Shown in pieces: positions 11,003-24,559 of a stretch of DNA of 64,000 nt. Each line of letters starts with the position of its first letter. Positions within the stretch are counted from its first letter, which is position 1. The stretch is from NCBI GenBank assembly GCA_002633005.1, contig NMRA01000019.1, positions 235,555 to 299,554 on the forward strand, read 5' to 3'. The stretch is from Phoronis australis (lineage: Eukaryota; Animalia; Phoronida). The notes beneath the pieces were generated by a model that was given only the letters and a program-made list of their open reading frames with translations, was not told the origin of the DNA and searched no databases. Made by a program: the position numbers and the translations under genes.

Positions 11003-14000
11003 GTAAGCTTGGTCACTGACTATACTTGTTGGATATTTGAACTTCTGTTCAGTTCTGGTTGATGTTGTGGTACTTTATTAACGTTTTGAGAATCAGCTAA
11101 ACTTCCAACCCGTCCTGGTGTCACCAGCGGGTCACCGTCATACTCATACTAGTCATGATATTGATGGTCATTACTAGGACATTACACTACAGCCATACAG
11201 GATCACGTAACCTGACTGTAAACAGGGTAAATAACTATTTACAGGCACGTAGAACACAAGCTGTGATCGAGCCCGTTTTTCAGTAGTTGCCGTTGGCCTC
11301 TCCAAAGCACTAACTCACAACGAACAATAGGCAATGACCATCGCCTCTGTTGGCCCGAAGCAGAGGCGATGCAGAGGCTATAGGCGTTCTGTACGCCGGA
11401 AGCTTTTCGGCGAATTATGCCTCGCACCGACTAAACCATCAAAGTCACGTTGTTATAAATACCTTTTGCGCATAGTCATAGAGGAACACCTTAGGAGGTT
11501 GTCGATGTGTTTAAGTCCTTCCAACTCGAACAAATACTCCCGTTATGAAACTTTTTCTTCGATCAGTCCCTATTTCAGTTCCCAAAATCGTGAAATCAAA
11601 ATTTTCATTTTTTTTAACCAGGCCGAAGGTCAGAAGTTGCGATCCTACCGGCGAACTTTGAAAGCTGAAGTTCCTGCCCTTTGCGTACGTGCTGCCGGGA
11701 ACCAGCCGTGCATTTTCCGTGTTGTTAAACATTAAAATGTCAAATATGTGCACAAAGACTATATTAAATGTCATATCAACACCATTTATTTTTTATCAAA
11801 TACAAACAATAATTCATTGAAATACAAACAGTTTCAAGTAACGCCAATTAAAGACAAGTATAAGTGGTGGCATTTTGGAAACGAACATTTGACTGACAAG
11901 ACCGCAATGGCTCACCTTTGGCCTATTTAAAAATTATTGAGGTTATGAAGTCACATCACCTAGCGAGCGGTAAAAATTGGAGCGTGCGCAGTACAAAAAT
12001 TTTGATTTCACGATTTTGGGAACTGAAATAGGGACTGATCGAAGAAAAAGTTTCATAACGGGAATATTTGTTCGAGTTGGAAGGACTTAAACACATCGAC
12101 AACCTTCTAAGGTGTTCCTCTATGCGCAAAAGGTATTTATAACAACGTGACTTTGATGGTTTTGTCGGTGCGAGGCATAATTCGCCGAAAAGTTTCCGGC
12201 GTACAGAGCGCCTATAGCCTCTGCTTCGGGCCAACAGAGGCGATGGTCATTGCCTAAACGAACAAGTGAGCAGGGGCTGACCTATTATTGCATGTTGGCG
12301 TATGGGCCACTATAGTGGAGTGTTTGCCAATATGACCTATCGCCAGGATTTTGAGTGACAGCTGAACTGACCAATCAGAGCATAGCATTCTTGACACCTT
12401 CCTTTCCCAGCCGCCATTTTACCCGACAAACAACACGTAGGGTAATACTTACTGTTTGTTTGTCGAAATTTTGCAAGGGGGCGGAGCGTGCGATAGGTCA
12501 ATTACCATCAAATGTAACAAGAATCTGGAATTACTAATGAAGTACTTGTTAAACAGCTCGATATTAACTCAATAATAGCCCAGCTACCAGTGTTTCAGAT
12601 AACACATTTTTAGGAGATGGTTATACTGTTTTTCAATCTAGTTTTGTTCTTCTCGGCGTGTAAGAGACACATTCTAGAGACAGAAAATCATTGTTTCAAT
12701 TATGATTTCTTCCCATTTCAGATGTGTTCTCATTGGACAAAGCTGTGCATACTACTACCTTGCCTGTGACTCTGGAATCAGATTTATTTTTTGAAGTTGT
12801 CAATCCTGAATATTTACGATATACCTACAAAATCAGAGCAGCGAAAGATTTTGGAGGGCACTTTGTGAGTATTGTGCTGTTCATTATTTAACCAGTATTG
12901 AGCCTGGAGTAATGTGGTAGCGTTTAGCTTTCCAGAATATTCCATGTCACGATTACACATGCTTTCTAGTGTGTATTAAGTTTTAGAATTGAAGTGACAA
13001 TAAACCTTCCGTAACAGAAAAGAATTTTTGATTTAGACTGTCACCACTTGCTTTTAATTTGTGAAATTCAAAATAGTGATCTGTGGCTTTGAAAAGCAGT
13101 TCACTACTGCTTGGTACCTGGCTATACAAGTGGACTTGTCATGGCGTGTCATTTTATTTGCGGAGCTTTGTCTAAAGGAATAAGGAATACTCAGCTCTTT
13201 ACAAGTCCAAATATCACTTCTTATCTGATAAAGGAAAATGTCATTTTCAGGCCAATTTTAAGCCAGTAAATGGTTTTAAATCAACATTTTGATGGTACGT
13301 CTGAAAGTACTTTTACTGACTCGCATCTAGTGAGCTTAACATTCACTAATTGGTCTTACAGAACCAGAGTCTACAGAATGCTCACCTTGTTCCTGCAGTA
13401 CCTCAACACGCATGCAGTGATATACAGAACAGGCTGTTGATCGAAAGCAATGTGGTGCTTATTGAGAGAGGGTGAGTCTGGCCTGGTGAAAGGTTCACTG
13501 CAACAAAGCAGTTATCACTCTGGCTGCATGTATTCTGACTTACAAGTATCTAATGCCTTATTGTGTTCGCTCCAAAATGTTGAAAAATGTCAGGGGGCAT
13601 TTCTGGGGCATAGCCAGACTTGTTCATGAGACCCAAACCTCGAAGACAGGTAGTTTTATAAGACTTGATGTCTGTCAGTCTTTACTATCATTCCATCACC
13701 TCATCTGCTGTTTTTCCTTCTATTGAGAATTAAATAAGTACATGCAATTTCACAAATTATTATCAAAAATTAAAACAAGATTCTGCATGCTTTCATGGCT
13801 AAAAATCTGCAACTTCCAACTCAAACAAGTTTTGAGATAGTTTTTACGTGTCCATTCCGGACATAGTGCAAAACAAGTCAATACATGCGTGTCCCCCAAT
13901 AACGGTCACAGTACTTTTGACCCTAGAATGTGTGTTGTGTGATTTTTCTTGAAGACATCTTTCTTGTATTAAAAATGACGCAGTAATTTCTAGACAATCA

Positions 14001-15099
14001 GAAAATAAAAATGTTTGGTATCTTCAAGTATCATTTTGTTGCTGTAGTAACCATCCCATGTTAGCCGCTACATGTTGTATTGTTTCCTGTTGTAGAGGCT
14101 GTTCATTCCTGACTAAGGCAATCAATGCTGAGCAGGCTGGTGCCAGTGCTGTCATCATCATGGATAACAAGGAAAACAATATAGATCAGTATATAGACAT
14201 GGTCGATGATGGGACAGGACGCAAAACTTTCATTCCAGTTTTCTTTCTACTGGGAAAAAATGGGTGAGGATTTGTTGCACAGTGTATTTTTGGTAGATGG
14301 TGAAGCAATTTAGTTTGTGTTTAAAATTTCTGACATCTAATCACATACACTGTAAAAGGATATTGTCACGGAGGCAAAATGTTCCTCTATGCGAGCCGTT
14401 GTGAAAAAGAAATTATACTGCCTGGTGCAGCCAGGTGGTGCTTAGAGTCAACAGTTCCATGTGATCAGCCTCCATTGCTTTCAGGATGTCTCCCATTGTG
14501 TCACCTCACAAATCCTGCGTTAATCAGTGTGTAGACTTTTAATATTGAAATTTTTATAAACAATTGGTAAATTTTACATTTATTGTATGGTTTTTGGAAA
14601 ATGTACTATGTGGTTTGTGGTCAATAGATATCGCTGAAGAGTTGATCAATGACAACCGAAGACAGTTTTACATGTTTGTTTATTTACCAAATTCACTCAA
14701 AATTATTTTACAGACCTTCGTTCACCCTTCTATCTAGACCGTGGTGATAGTGCATTGACAGAATTATTGCTCTACTTATTTCTATTTGTGTGTTTCACCT
14801 AGTTTATGACTTTGAACATTTTCGGCTTTATATTTTTCTCTGCTTTCATTGATCTTTGTTTCTAGTTGTTTTACATACTTGTCTTCCTCTGCATCAATAC
14901 TTCCTAAAAGCTCTGCATTTGAATTGAGCATTTTTGTTTGTGACCTAGAGATCAAATATCGTAACAATTATTTTACAGGTATATGATTCGTAACACACTT
15001 CAAGAACTCCATCTACAAAGTGCTATCATAAACATTCCTGTCAATGTGACAGGCATTCCTGTACATCAGATTCGTCAGCCGCCGTGGTCGCTATGGTAA
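10927..15099 (+). CDS. PRADC1: Protease-associated domain-containing protein 1 (5 exons, 205 aa)
   Basis: Exons 10927-11002, 12722-12864, 13362-13471, 14096-14263, 14979-15099 (GT-AG, 618 nt). Signal peptide, then LFFEVVNPEYLRYTYKIRAAKDFGGHF, ERGGCSFLTK, FLLGKNGYMIR and the C-terminal IPVNVTGIP...QPPWSLW*, matching the hallmark PRADC1 motifs. Confidence 0.95.
11328..12256. mobile_element. Non-autonomous Mutator-like (MULE) foldback element in PRADC1 intron 1
   Basis: About 260-280-bp near-identical terminal inverted repeats (11328-11605 and 11996-12256, starting TAGGCAATGACC), flanked by a perfect 9-bp TSD AACGAACAA (11319-11327, 12257-12265). Confidence 0.88.
12722..12864 (+). CDS. PRADC1: PRADC1 exon 2
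   Basis: TTTCAG acceptor, GTGAGT donor; AKDFGG motif. Confidence 0.92.
13362..13471 (+). CDS. PRADC1: PRADC1 exon 3
   Basis: HLVPAVPQHAC...LIERG; GTGAGT donor. Confidence 0.92.
14096..14263 (+). CDS. PRADC1: PRADC1 exon 4 (PA domain core)
   Basis: GCSFLTKAINAEQAGASAVIIMDN...FFLLGKNG. Confidence 0.95.
14979..15099 (+). CDS. PRADC1: PRADC1 exon 5
   Basis: YMIRNTL...QPPWSLW followed by TAA. Confidence 0.93.
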
Positions 15100-15286
15100 C
15101 AGTAAAAAGGGGAGGGGTCGCTGCTGGTTGCTGGTCAATTACTGCTGAGTTTTCAACTGATGTTGTCAAAGCTTAACTGTGATCATCATAGCGTGCACTG
15201 GATTGAGTAGTTTTAAAAATGCATTCTCCAAATTAAGTTGTTATTAATTACATGATTGTTCATTTGCTTCTTATCTCTTCACATTC

Positions 15287-15292
15287 AATAAA
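15287..15292 (+). terminator. Candidate polyadenylation signal of PRADC1
   Basis: AATAAA about 190 nt after the stop codon. Confidence 0.5.
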
Positions 15293-18200
15293 TACCAGCT
15301 ATTATCTGTTATGCGTTTAACGTTCACCCGGTTGTGAACTGGTTACATATAAACTTACCTTGCTTTCCTTAAAGATGTATTTGCATGCTCCTAACTATGC
15401 TAATATATAGCAGGAACTAAACGACAATGCTATTTGAACATCATCTATGCTAAACAAAGTGCAGTTGTATTCATTGACGATTTGGAATTGTGAAAACAAA
15501 AAATTCTGCCAATAGGTGGCCTTTGCACTAATGATGTACCTGTGGGGTTCACATAGCCGGCGTCATGAAGTGTTATTTCCCAACAGCACGTCGGGATAAT
15601 TACTGGCAGATCATTCTCGACACAAAACTCGTTCTTAAAAAACATTTGGCAGTTTTCAATCTACTTCATATTCACACCGGTGCTGTATGTTGTGTTTCTA
15701 AATAATTTGACCAAGCAATCACAGAGATAGTGAATTAGCCGGCAAGTTCCTCTTTAAAGATTTTACAGTTACTCAAAAAGGTAATGTCATTTTATTGAAA
15801 ACTACTACACAGTAAAATCTCATTACCAAAAGGCATTGTATGAATGCCCACAAGTGCTCAGAGTCTTTGACTGATGGTAGCTATTGTAAAGATCTTTAAA
15901 AACGGTACAACATTGATTTGGTGCTACATGTATGAAAAAAAGAAAATTTCACTTGCCTGACTCATTGTGCCCTAAATTCATGAGATTTTACTGTTACAGT
16001 CTGTAGTTCATTAGTGTTTTAAGTTCTGATTTTTCTAGATCTTTAAAAAGTGTTTAGTTGACATGAATTCCAGTTTGTGTGATCAACCTATTTGTGTTTG
16101 TTTCTCTTAATTTCGGCAAAACGCGTGTCTGAGAAGAAAAAAAATTGTTAGACATTAAGCTGAGTATGCTTATAGAGAGACAGGATAATTTAAAACATAT
16201 TCAGTTCAGTTTGCAAATGTATCTTTGTCTGTGCCGGGTGTAAGCCGTGCACAACGGTCATTTTGACTGCCGACTGTATTTTCACTCCAGGACCATTTTG
16301 TCTTGTGTTCCGACATGTGTTTCTCCATTGTCTTCACATTATCTTATGTGGAGATGAATTTGGTAACAATTTAAAATTAGTTGTGTGTTCATAAACCTCG
16401 ACTTAACTTCAAACAAGAAATTTGTCAATTAGAAAAATTTTGCTCTGTTTCACTCCATCTCAGTTTCTAGTATTTCATCCCCTTTGCTTTCTTTGCTCTC
16501 ATTGTCTGTTCAAGATATTGTTAACTTTTGTTTTCATCAAAGTACTTGGACAATTTCTTCCACGTTGTCCTCAGATTTTCATCAAACATTTTCATCACAG
16601 CTTTGCTAAAACTCAGCACATTTGACACTCTTTTGCCAGTAGTCTTGAAAACTACTTTTTGAATGCCAACTTTTAAGGGGTTCGTTGTCTTGAGGTCAAT
16701 ACCACTACTTGTGTCAACATTGTTTTGTTCAACAGAGGGCATTTGTGTTGAACTGACTGTTTTGTTGGTCTACACTATGCAGGTGATGGGTACACTTACT
16801 AGTAATGAATGAGATTACTGGAAATATGCAAAAATTCATTTATTTTAGTAGACACCACTAGGGTGCAGCACAGACTGAGAAGATATTTATTGTATTTATT
16901 GACCTTGTTGTTCAGACTTGCTATAAGAGATATGTGATACATCCATCTATGGGTGAAAATCTAAATGAGCTTACAGGAGTTGACTGTTTAACAATAGAGG
17001 TCTCTACTGTACTGTACTCCGCTGCCTCTATTTGGTTTTGATTTTGCTACTCAGGTTTTAACTCAATATGGAGGCCATTTCCAGATCTGTTATTGTTTCA
17101 AAATTGTTAGGACTTGGAACTGCAGTTGTAACATCCTTCTGTTTTTACCAGAAGGTCAACCTCATGTGTTGCATTGGTTGTGTTTGAATGCTTAATTATC
17201 GTTGGCCTTGTCTCATTCGCAATAAGTGTTGGAATTCTGTTTTGACTGGAATGTTTAAAACAGTGTTATGATGCCAAGTTGTTAATGGTATTTTATGTAT
17301 TTTTATAATTGTTAAATTTGAAATAAATTGTTTGCCAGTTCCAGTATGAATCATTGTGTAGTAAGTTGACTGTAGTATTTTCATATAAAAAACGTGAAAG
17401 TGAATTTTCCTGGAAACAATTTTGAAGTAAGCTGGAGCATACCCCTTCTCAGCCTGACACTAAGGACTAAACTGTGTTCACACTGGGCTACATGTAAGTT
17501 TTGTGAAAGTTTTCATAGTTGCTGGTTAGGTCATGCCAGCAAGCAAGAACTTAAAGCCCCAGAGTTTTGATGATGGTGTAATGTTCGAGAAACTCAGCTG
17601 AACATACCACTAGAACCCGTAGCCGGGATTCTTCGATGGAATCCAGGGGCAGATCCAGGATTTTGAGTTTGGGAGCAAGGCAGAGTATTAGCCAGAAGTG
17701 CCAAATGGAGTATGGGAGAATCCGCCACATGAATTCTCTTAAAAACAAAACTAGCGTCCATGCAGGGGAAAGGTCTGCGCACAATTTTATTTCTACCTGC
17801 ACACATACGTACTATTCGCAGAGGTCCGGCATGTGCACGCGCTTACAATGATATAACCCGTAGTTTCCTTCCAAGCATCGCCAGTATACAGTGAATACCT
17901 GTATAGAACTGTATGGAAATATATTCTAAATGAAAATATTCTCTGGTGGTGCATCAAACATTTTCTGATTCGAATGAAACGGTCAGGTTAACACGTCATG
18001 TCAACTACTTGTCAAACGACTAGTAACTCGATAACAATTGAATACACTTTGAGATATCATCATCGGTATCTTGTGTCATTTAGGCACTGCTTTCACGCAC
18101 CAGATACGTAAATAAATCAATAATTTGTAATACGCTGAGGGGTATCGAAAAGAAATGAAGTGTTGTCGAATATCATCGGAAATTATTACTCGTACAAGTT

Positions 18201-21200
18201 GCTATTATCAAATGTCATCGGAAATTATTACACGGGTAGGTTGTTTTTTACAAAGCTTAACTGATCGAGACATATGATTTCCCCTCACAAACCATATAAA
18301 CGTCATTGGTGGCCTAGAAAAGCCAAGTGTCAAACGTACTATATATGTAACTATAACATGTTTACTACGACTTAAGTTCACGAACACTCGTATACCGTGG
18401 TATTTTAGAAGATCACTGACATTTCACGAAAATGACTTGCTGATTGCTACTTTTATCACTCCTCCAACGAGGCGAAACGAAAAACCAGAGGTAGTAGCAA
18501 TCAGTTTAGAATTATGAATCAATCAAAGTTACAGGACAACATAGACGGAATTCCACGTTTTTGTTAAAAAAATCACTTTATGGCGTGAACCGTGCGGTTT
18601 CCCTTGTGTCAGCAGTCTCAGTGTTTAATTTTTTTTTGTAAAATACATTTAATTTACGTTTTACATGTAAATAAATTGCATTGTATTTTATTTCATTGTA
18701 CATGTACATTTTCTGTTGTTATCTATATTGTTCTTCTTAACTGTTAGTAGCTATTTAGATTATTTTTTCTCACAAGTCAGCTGTTAGCGCCCCGTGCTTT
18801 TGATGGCCACCCACTCATATAACAATATACGTTTTTAGATTATTTAAGAAATATAAGTTTCTCTCTCTCAAACCGCGATTTGGAGGCACCCAACGTGGAA
18901 CTATTACAAGTCGTTTGTCAAAGTTAAGATTGGAGTTCCACCATTTTATTTTCTGAACCATTGTCAGTTCTTTGTTTGGAACGCAAACGTATTTCATTGC
19001 GTTAGTGTCCGATTTGGGATTGATAAATAAATTATTAAACTTTAACTCAAATTGTACATTCAGTGCTAGCTCAGTGGGAACTTTCAACTCAAGTTCCTTA
19101 GAAAAACACCAGCAAATTACTTCTGGTAGGTTGTTGCTGTTATTGAAACAGCAATTCTAGTCTTCAGCGAACTAATGGGTAGTGATTTATCAGCATTTTT
19201 ACTGTTACAGTTAAAAGTTGGCTTACGGAGGCCTCTTAGAGCGGTACTCGGCCTTTGAGCCTAAAGTTTTTAAGCCCTCTATAGTACACCAATTTTCTTT
19301 TGTGGTCATTCGAAATTTGGTTAGCAATTTCGGAAAATGGGTCTTTATGTAACTGAAATAAGAAAGAATAAACCTTGAAATTCATACGCGTGTAAAATTT
19401 TAATTCTTATATTTTATTGTTGTACCATAGCCTGTCATTTTATCGTCAGAACCCATTGACGCAAGAAGATTTTTACTGAATTCAGTAAATTAAAATCATT
19501 TACGGAAAACGAAGTTTTGATGAGTGGTACTTTTAAAAAGACGGTGTCTTTGGAAGGCATGCTAAAACTATTAGAGAAGTGAAGTAAACGCGACAATACA
19601 CGCATCGACATGTTCAACTGGGTGATGATCATCCAAATTCTATAATTGAAGAGTGCGCACCGCATTTCAAAGCGTAAAACCTTGAAATAGCAAAGGAGAG
19701 CGCCCAGTAATTTACCGTAACTATATAACATCTTCATTAGATGTCTCAAGAAAATGTCGAATGTCTAGAATTTTGACATAATCTGGTCTACCAGCGTGAG
19801 AGTTTCTCGCTAATTGCGTTTTAAAAGGAGGCTTGTAATTATTTCACCATCCCCTGTAATCATTACAAATCTTCGACGTCTTACTCGTCGCTGTCGCCTT
19901 AGCCCGATTTGGGCTGCTTTAATTATGTGAAAAATTAAGTATTTTCCCTTTTATGTTTTGTGCTTATAGTAGTGAATTTATACCATAATACGGACGGTAT
20001 TTAATTTTAGTTGACGTTAATTTTTCTTTTGAATTGATTTGAATTGAAGTTCGGATAGAACTTCAGCCTGTTTAGTTATATCGGGCGCCGCATGCGTGGT
20101 TTGTCGAAGGAAGTGGTACTCTCGAAAAGCATTACAAACAGTAGCTGAAGCCCCTGTGCCATGTAATGAGGTGAACAAAACACCAACGGCAATATTTGTA
20201 GGTTCGTACAAATCGTCCATTTTCACCAAAGAAGTAGCAGATCGACAATTCACTACGCCTCACAAATGAGTCCAGATAGAGTTATATATTCAATAAAACA
20301 TTGCTCTCTTGGTTCTTCAGTTACAGCTGTTGATACCATTTTTGAATTGACGATAATTCCATAACATCATGACCCAGTCTTATCTACAATTTCTGGAACT
20401 TGTAACAATACCTTCTGACTAGTCTTTGTTTTGAACGGGAAGTGAACTTCTGTCCTGGAAAGTCGCCAAATTAGTTGTAGATCATTGAGAGCGTATTCGG
20501 CAGGAAACGAAAATTCAAGGACATGTTGTTCTGAGAACACTCTTCGCTCAAGTGTCCCGAGCGTTGTGCTGGACTCAAATCACTAATTGTTGTGTAACAA
20601 ATTCTACTTCACTTCACGCAGTACATTTTTTGAAGAAAGAGGTGAGTTATCGATGGATCAGCTACGTGATCTTGTTTGGACAACACCAATACGAAATCAC
20701 GCAATTGTTTGTAATCGTTATCCCATTATTTTAGCCTGGAAACAGAGCTTAAAAAAATCAGCGGATGCTCTTAAAAGAGCATTAAGTATTTATGCAGCAG
20801 TTAAGAGCTCCAAAGACTAATTATCTTTTCCGGTGTCTGGTCTGGTAGGCTTACTTGTCTATTCTTCAAAGTGTTTATAAGATCTCGCGAGACTAAGATC
20901 ACACAAATCTTTGCGAGATATCACCACTCTACAAGCTAAGCACGTGGTCACACTAGCTTTTCTCGCGAGTGTCTCGGCTCTATAAAACGCAACCTAGGTT
21001 TCTCCCTATATAGGTCTAAGTGTCTAGCTGAGATTTCCTTCTGGGACTTCCTGTCTTGAGTGCATGTTCCACGGCAATTATTCACCGTTATGTTTGAGTG
21101 GCGCAACTGCAAATCGATCGCTACCATCTTTCCACTGGGTATTGTTTACTTGAAATGTTGATAAACCACGGCCAAACGTGGTACAAGTTATACTCTTTCC

Positions 21201-22954
21201 TAATAGGCGTAAGGAGCGAGGTAGAGGGGCGAGAGGCGATCGCCCCCAATCTGAAAACTTGGGGTGCAGATAGGTTTCCTTTACCTATTTTTTGGGTTAA
21301 TATTACTTGCAAAAAGTTTCCCAATGATGTTTTATTAATAATTTGAGTCCTTCAACAGTTGTTTTAAAATTAAGAGTGAAGAGTTCTTTTGGGAAAGAGT
21401 TAGATATTGTGAGGCATGTTGTTAATAAATGGTCTTGAAATTCAACATTTATCACACTGTTACTTCGAGCCATAGCTAGTATGAACGTTTCAACTCACTT
21501 CGCAGTTCACATTGACGCTCCACCAGTACTCACGGTTCATAGGTCATGTCAACCTCGGATCATCACAAAAGGGGTTTAACCTCATGAGAAATAGCTAAAT
21601 CGGTGGCACTTAAGGCGTCTTAAATAGATCACTATTTAACAGAGCTGTCTAAAACCTTCATCATTCAATTCCATAAGTTACAGGACAATGAAAGCGAAGG
21701 AATACGAGCACCCCACCTTTCCCTCCCCCTCCCCCACACACAAAAACACAAGACACTCGCGAGCTAGAAAAGGTAACGTGATCAGATGTTTCGACTGTAG
21801 ACTTGCAAGATCTCGATATCGCAAGAAAAGTGCTACGGAACGCAGCCCATTTCCTTTGAGAAGCGCCCTTAAAGGTTTGCATTGTGAATGATCTCGCAAT
21901 GGATCACCATGACTACTTGAGTGAGTCTGTTTGTATCTTACCAAGCTATTCCAAACAAACATCGACAGCGTGCTTTCATTCGTCCTGAATGTCACATACT
22001 TTTGCATGAATCGGAAAATGTAGGCTGGGACTATTTTCAGTATACATAGGCCTCAAAGTGGGCATATACCGTTTGCGATGGTAAGGCACCTATACTGACT
22101 ATTTTAGAACAATTTGTCTATTTGCTTTGAGTTGTATACTTCAGTATCAAGGCACCGTAGTAGTCAAATCCAACAACAGTGAGTAGTAAAGTATATAGTA
22201 ACTTTTTCATTATAACGGGGCAGTACAAGTTATTTTTTTCCGGCTGAAAATGCCCTCATTAAAGAAGTTTGGTCTAGAGAGTGCACTCCAGAATTCGGTA
22301 AGGGAATCTTTATAGATCAAACATTCAGAAACATAGCCGATTTACTTAGTCCGTTCCCTTATCGCGAATAGAAGTGAGTTTTCTGCGATGTTAAAAATAA
22401 TAGAATATTTATTGAAAAGGTGGTTGAAAGGACACCCTTCGTGGTTGCTCTAAAACTGGATATCCATAGATTAAATATTCCGAGGTATAATTGAATCTAT
22501 GGTTTACCGACGCCGATTTTTTGTCAAGCACAGAAGGGACCCCTTTGCCCACTGTAGCAGTGTGAGCGCATGAGCGCAGAGGGCATTTTGCCTCGGGCGC
22601 CAACGGAGAAGGGGCGCCGGTACCCGGCTCCAAAATTTAAGAAGTGGACACAAGCATAAAATCTTTTTAGTGCTGAAAGGGCAAAGAAAAATGTCTGTGT
22701 ACCCCTCGACAGCAATTTTGCTATTCCTTCGACATAGATTTCGTACCTTCTATAAACCCGAGACCCCAACTCCGTCCCATACTACCCCTCATGAAACGTT
22801 ATCCGCTCCCTTCCCTAATCATGGAATTTTCCTACGCCTATGACTTTCGAACATTCTGTATTTGTGATGCAATTTATTTGGTAAAATGTATGAAAGTTTC
22901 TGCATCAACAAATTCATCGATTTCATTCACTGTTTAACTTCCACAGTAGACCTG

Positions 22955-23201
22955 GGGCCTGTTCCAAGAAACTGACTTAAGTTCATTTTTGTCTTAAGTT
23001 TAAGATTTGTCTTAAACTCCAACTTTGAAACTTCCACATTCTGTTAGTTAGTGAAATTTAAGACAAAACTTACGTCACACAGTTAATTCAAACTTAATAT
23101 CTCTTTCTTGAATTGGTTTTGAGACAAATTTAACTTTTATTTTAAAATTTACTAAAATTTAGGATTTGTCTTAGCTAAGTCAGTTTTGTTGGAACGGACC
23201 C
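22955..23201 (+). mobile_element. Harbinger/PIF-like MITE, copy 1
   Basis: TIRs GGGCCTGTTCCAA...TTGGAACGGACCC, 3-bp TSD CTG, AT-rich CTTAAG-rich body; two more copies in the window. Confidence 0.8.
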
Positions 23202-24275
23202 CTGCGTCATATAGTCTACAAAACGAACAAGGCGCAAGGATGACATTAAAAAATATGGCGTATTTACTTTCGACGCTTTAAAATCGGAATCTAAAGGGCT
23301 TATGTATTGAACACAAAACTGTACTCAACGAAGTCGATGGAAACACGACCTGCTCTACGCTTGTAAGATTTGGCCGTTAGCGGTCCAGGGGCCCGCGTTA
23401 CTCACGTGTCGTCTATTAGCTAAAGACCCATTAGATGTACAACGTTGAAAAAGTTTGTAATAACAGATTAACTTATGTCAGTTCTTGTAAAGCAGAGATG
23501 AGAGGCAAGTGTTCGTTTTTGCTGCCTAGTTCTGATCGTAAGGTACATTTCAAGCATTTCATAATGTGCAACGGTAAGAAACATCTTTAAAATTAATTAC
23601 ATTAGCTTGATTTGATAACTATATGGATCAAATCTCCAGCGAACTGTAAACGAGTAGGTCTGGAACTTATAATTCTTCTTCCAATTTTTTTCTCGGAACC
23701 TTTTCCGTAAAAATTGTTACTCAAGTGAACACAGATATGAATTTCTGTTCATGTGATAAATTTTCAAGACTCAGAAAAAAAATTCTACAAAAACACCCTA
23801 TTACAATTTGTTGAATTTGTAAAGGATATTCAAGAACGCCACGAGTAAAAGTATTCAGTTCTTCACGGTTTTGTCGCGCCGGCATTTAGAAAGCAAAACC
23901 TGAACAAAACTTTCAACCGTAACGCGAAACGACGAGCAAGAGGACAATTTAATTAAAGTGATTGAACCTTTGTTTTCCCTAATCAGATTACACTGCACAG
24001 CAATTTCAAGACGTTACAAGATTAACTCACGCTACTGGATGTTGCCTATCGACAGTGCAACTATAGCATTGAAATCAAAGTAAATGCGTAGTAGCTTGTA
24101 GACACCTTTTTCACGCAATCGTCATATTGCAAAGAGCCTCCATTTGGATTTTGAAAGACAATGAATTCCTCGCCTAATCACACTGCATAACGCAATTTTC
24201 CACGTGCCTCGTTATATTAATGTCTCAAATGCTTGTTGTTGAAACCAAAACGAGGCTTTTTTAAAATGTGATCAA

Positions 24276-24517
24276 GGGCCCGTACCAACAAAACTGACTT
24301 AGCTAAGACAAACCTTAAATTTTAAGAGAAGACTTATTAAAATTTGTCTAGATACCGTTTCATGAAAGAGATCTTAAGTTTGAATTAAGTTTTTGATAAA
24401 AGTTTTGTCTTAATTTTATCTATCTTACCGGATGTGGAAGTTTCAATGTATGGAAGTTAAGGCAAATCTTAGACTTAAGTCAAAAATGAACTTAAGTCAG
24501 TTTCTTGGAACGTGCCC
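24276..24517 (-). mobile_element. Harbinger/PIF-like MITE, copy 2 (inverted)
   Basis: GGGCCCGTACCAACAAAACTGACTTAGCTAAG...CTTAAGTCAGTTTCTTGGAACGTGCCC; reverse-complement homolog of copy 1. Confidence 0.8.
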
Positions 24518-24559
24518 AAGGTCTATAGTGTTCTATATAATGCAAGGTGATACTTGGTT

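Noticed and set aside
11334-12234. Duplicated ORFs on opposite strands (11334-11735 + and 11956-12234 -)
   Set aside because: They are chance translations of the MULE inverted repeats, with no transposase motifs
18440-18504. 12-bp inverted repeat CTGATTGCTACT/AGTAGCAATCAG
   Set aside because: Probably a tiny MITE remnant; no TSD or further structure could be established
19435-20820. Cluster of short ORFs, possibly a transposase relic
   Set aside because: No recognisable motif or splice path
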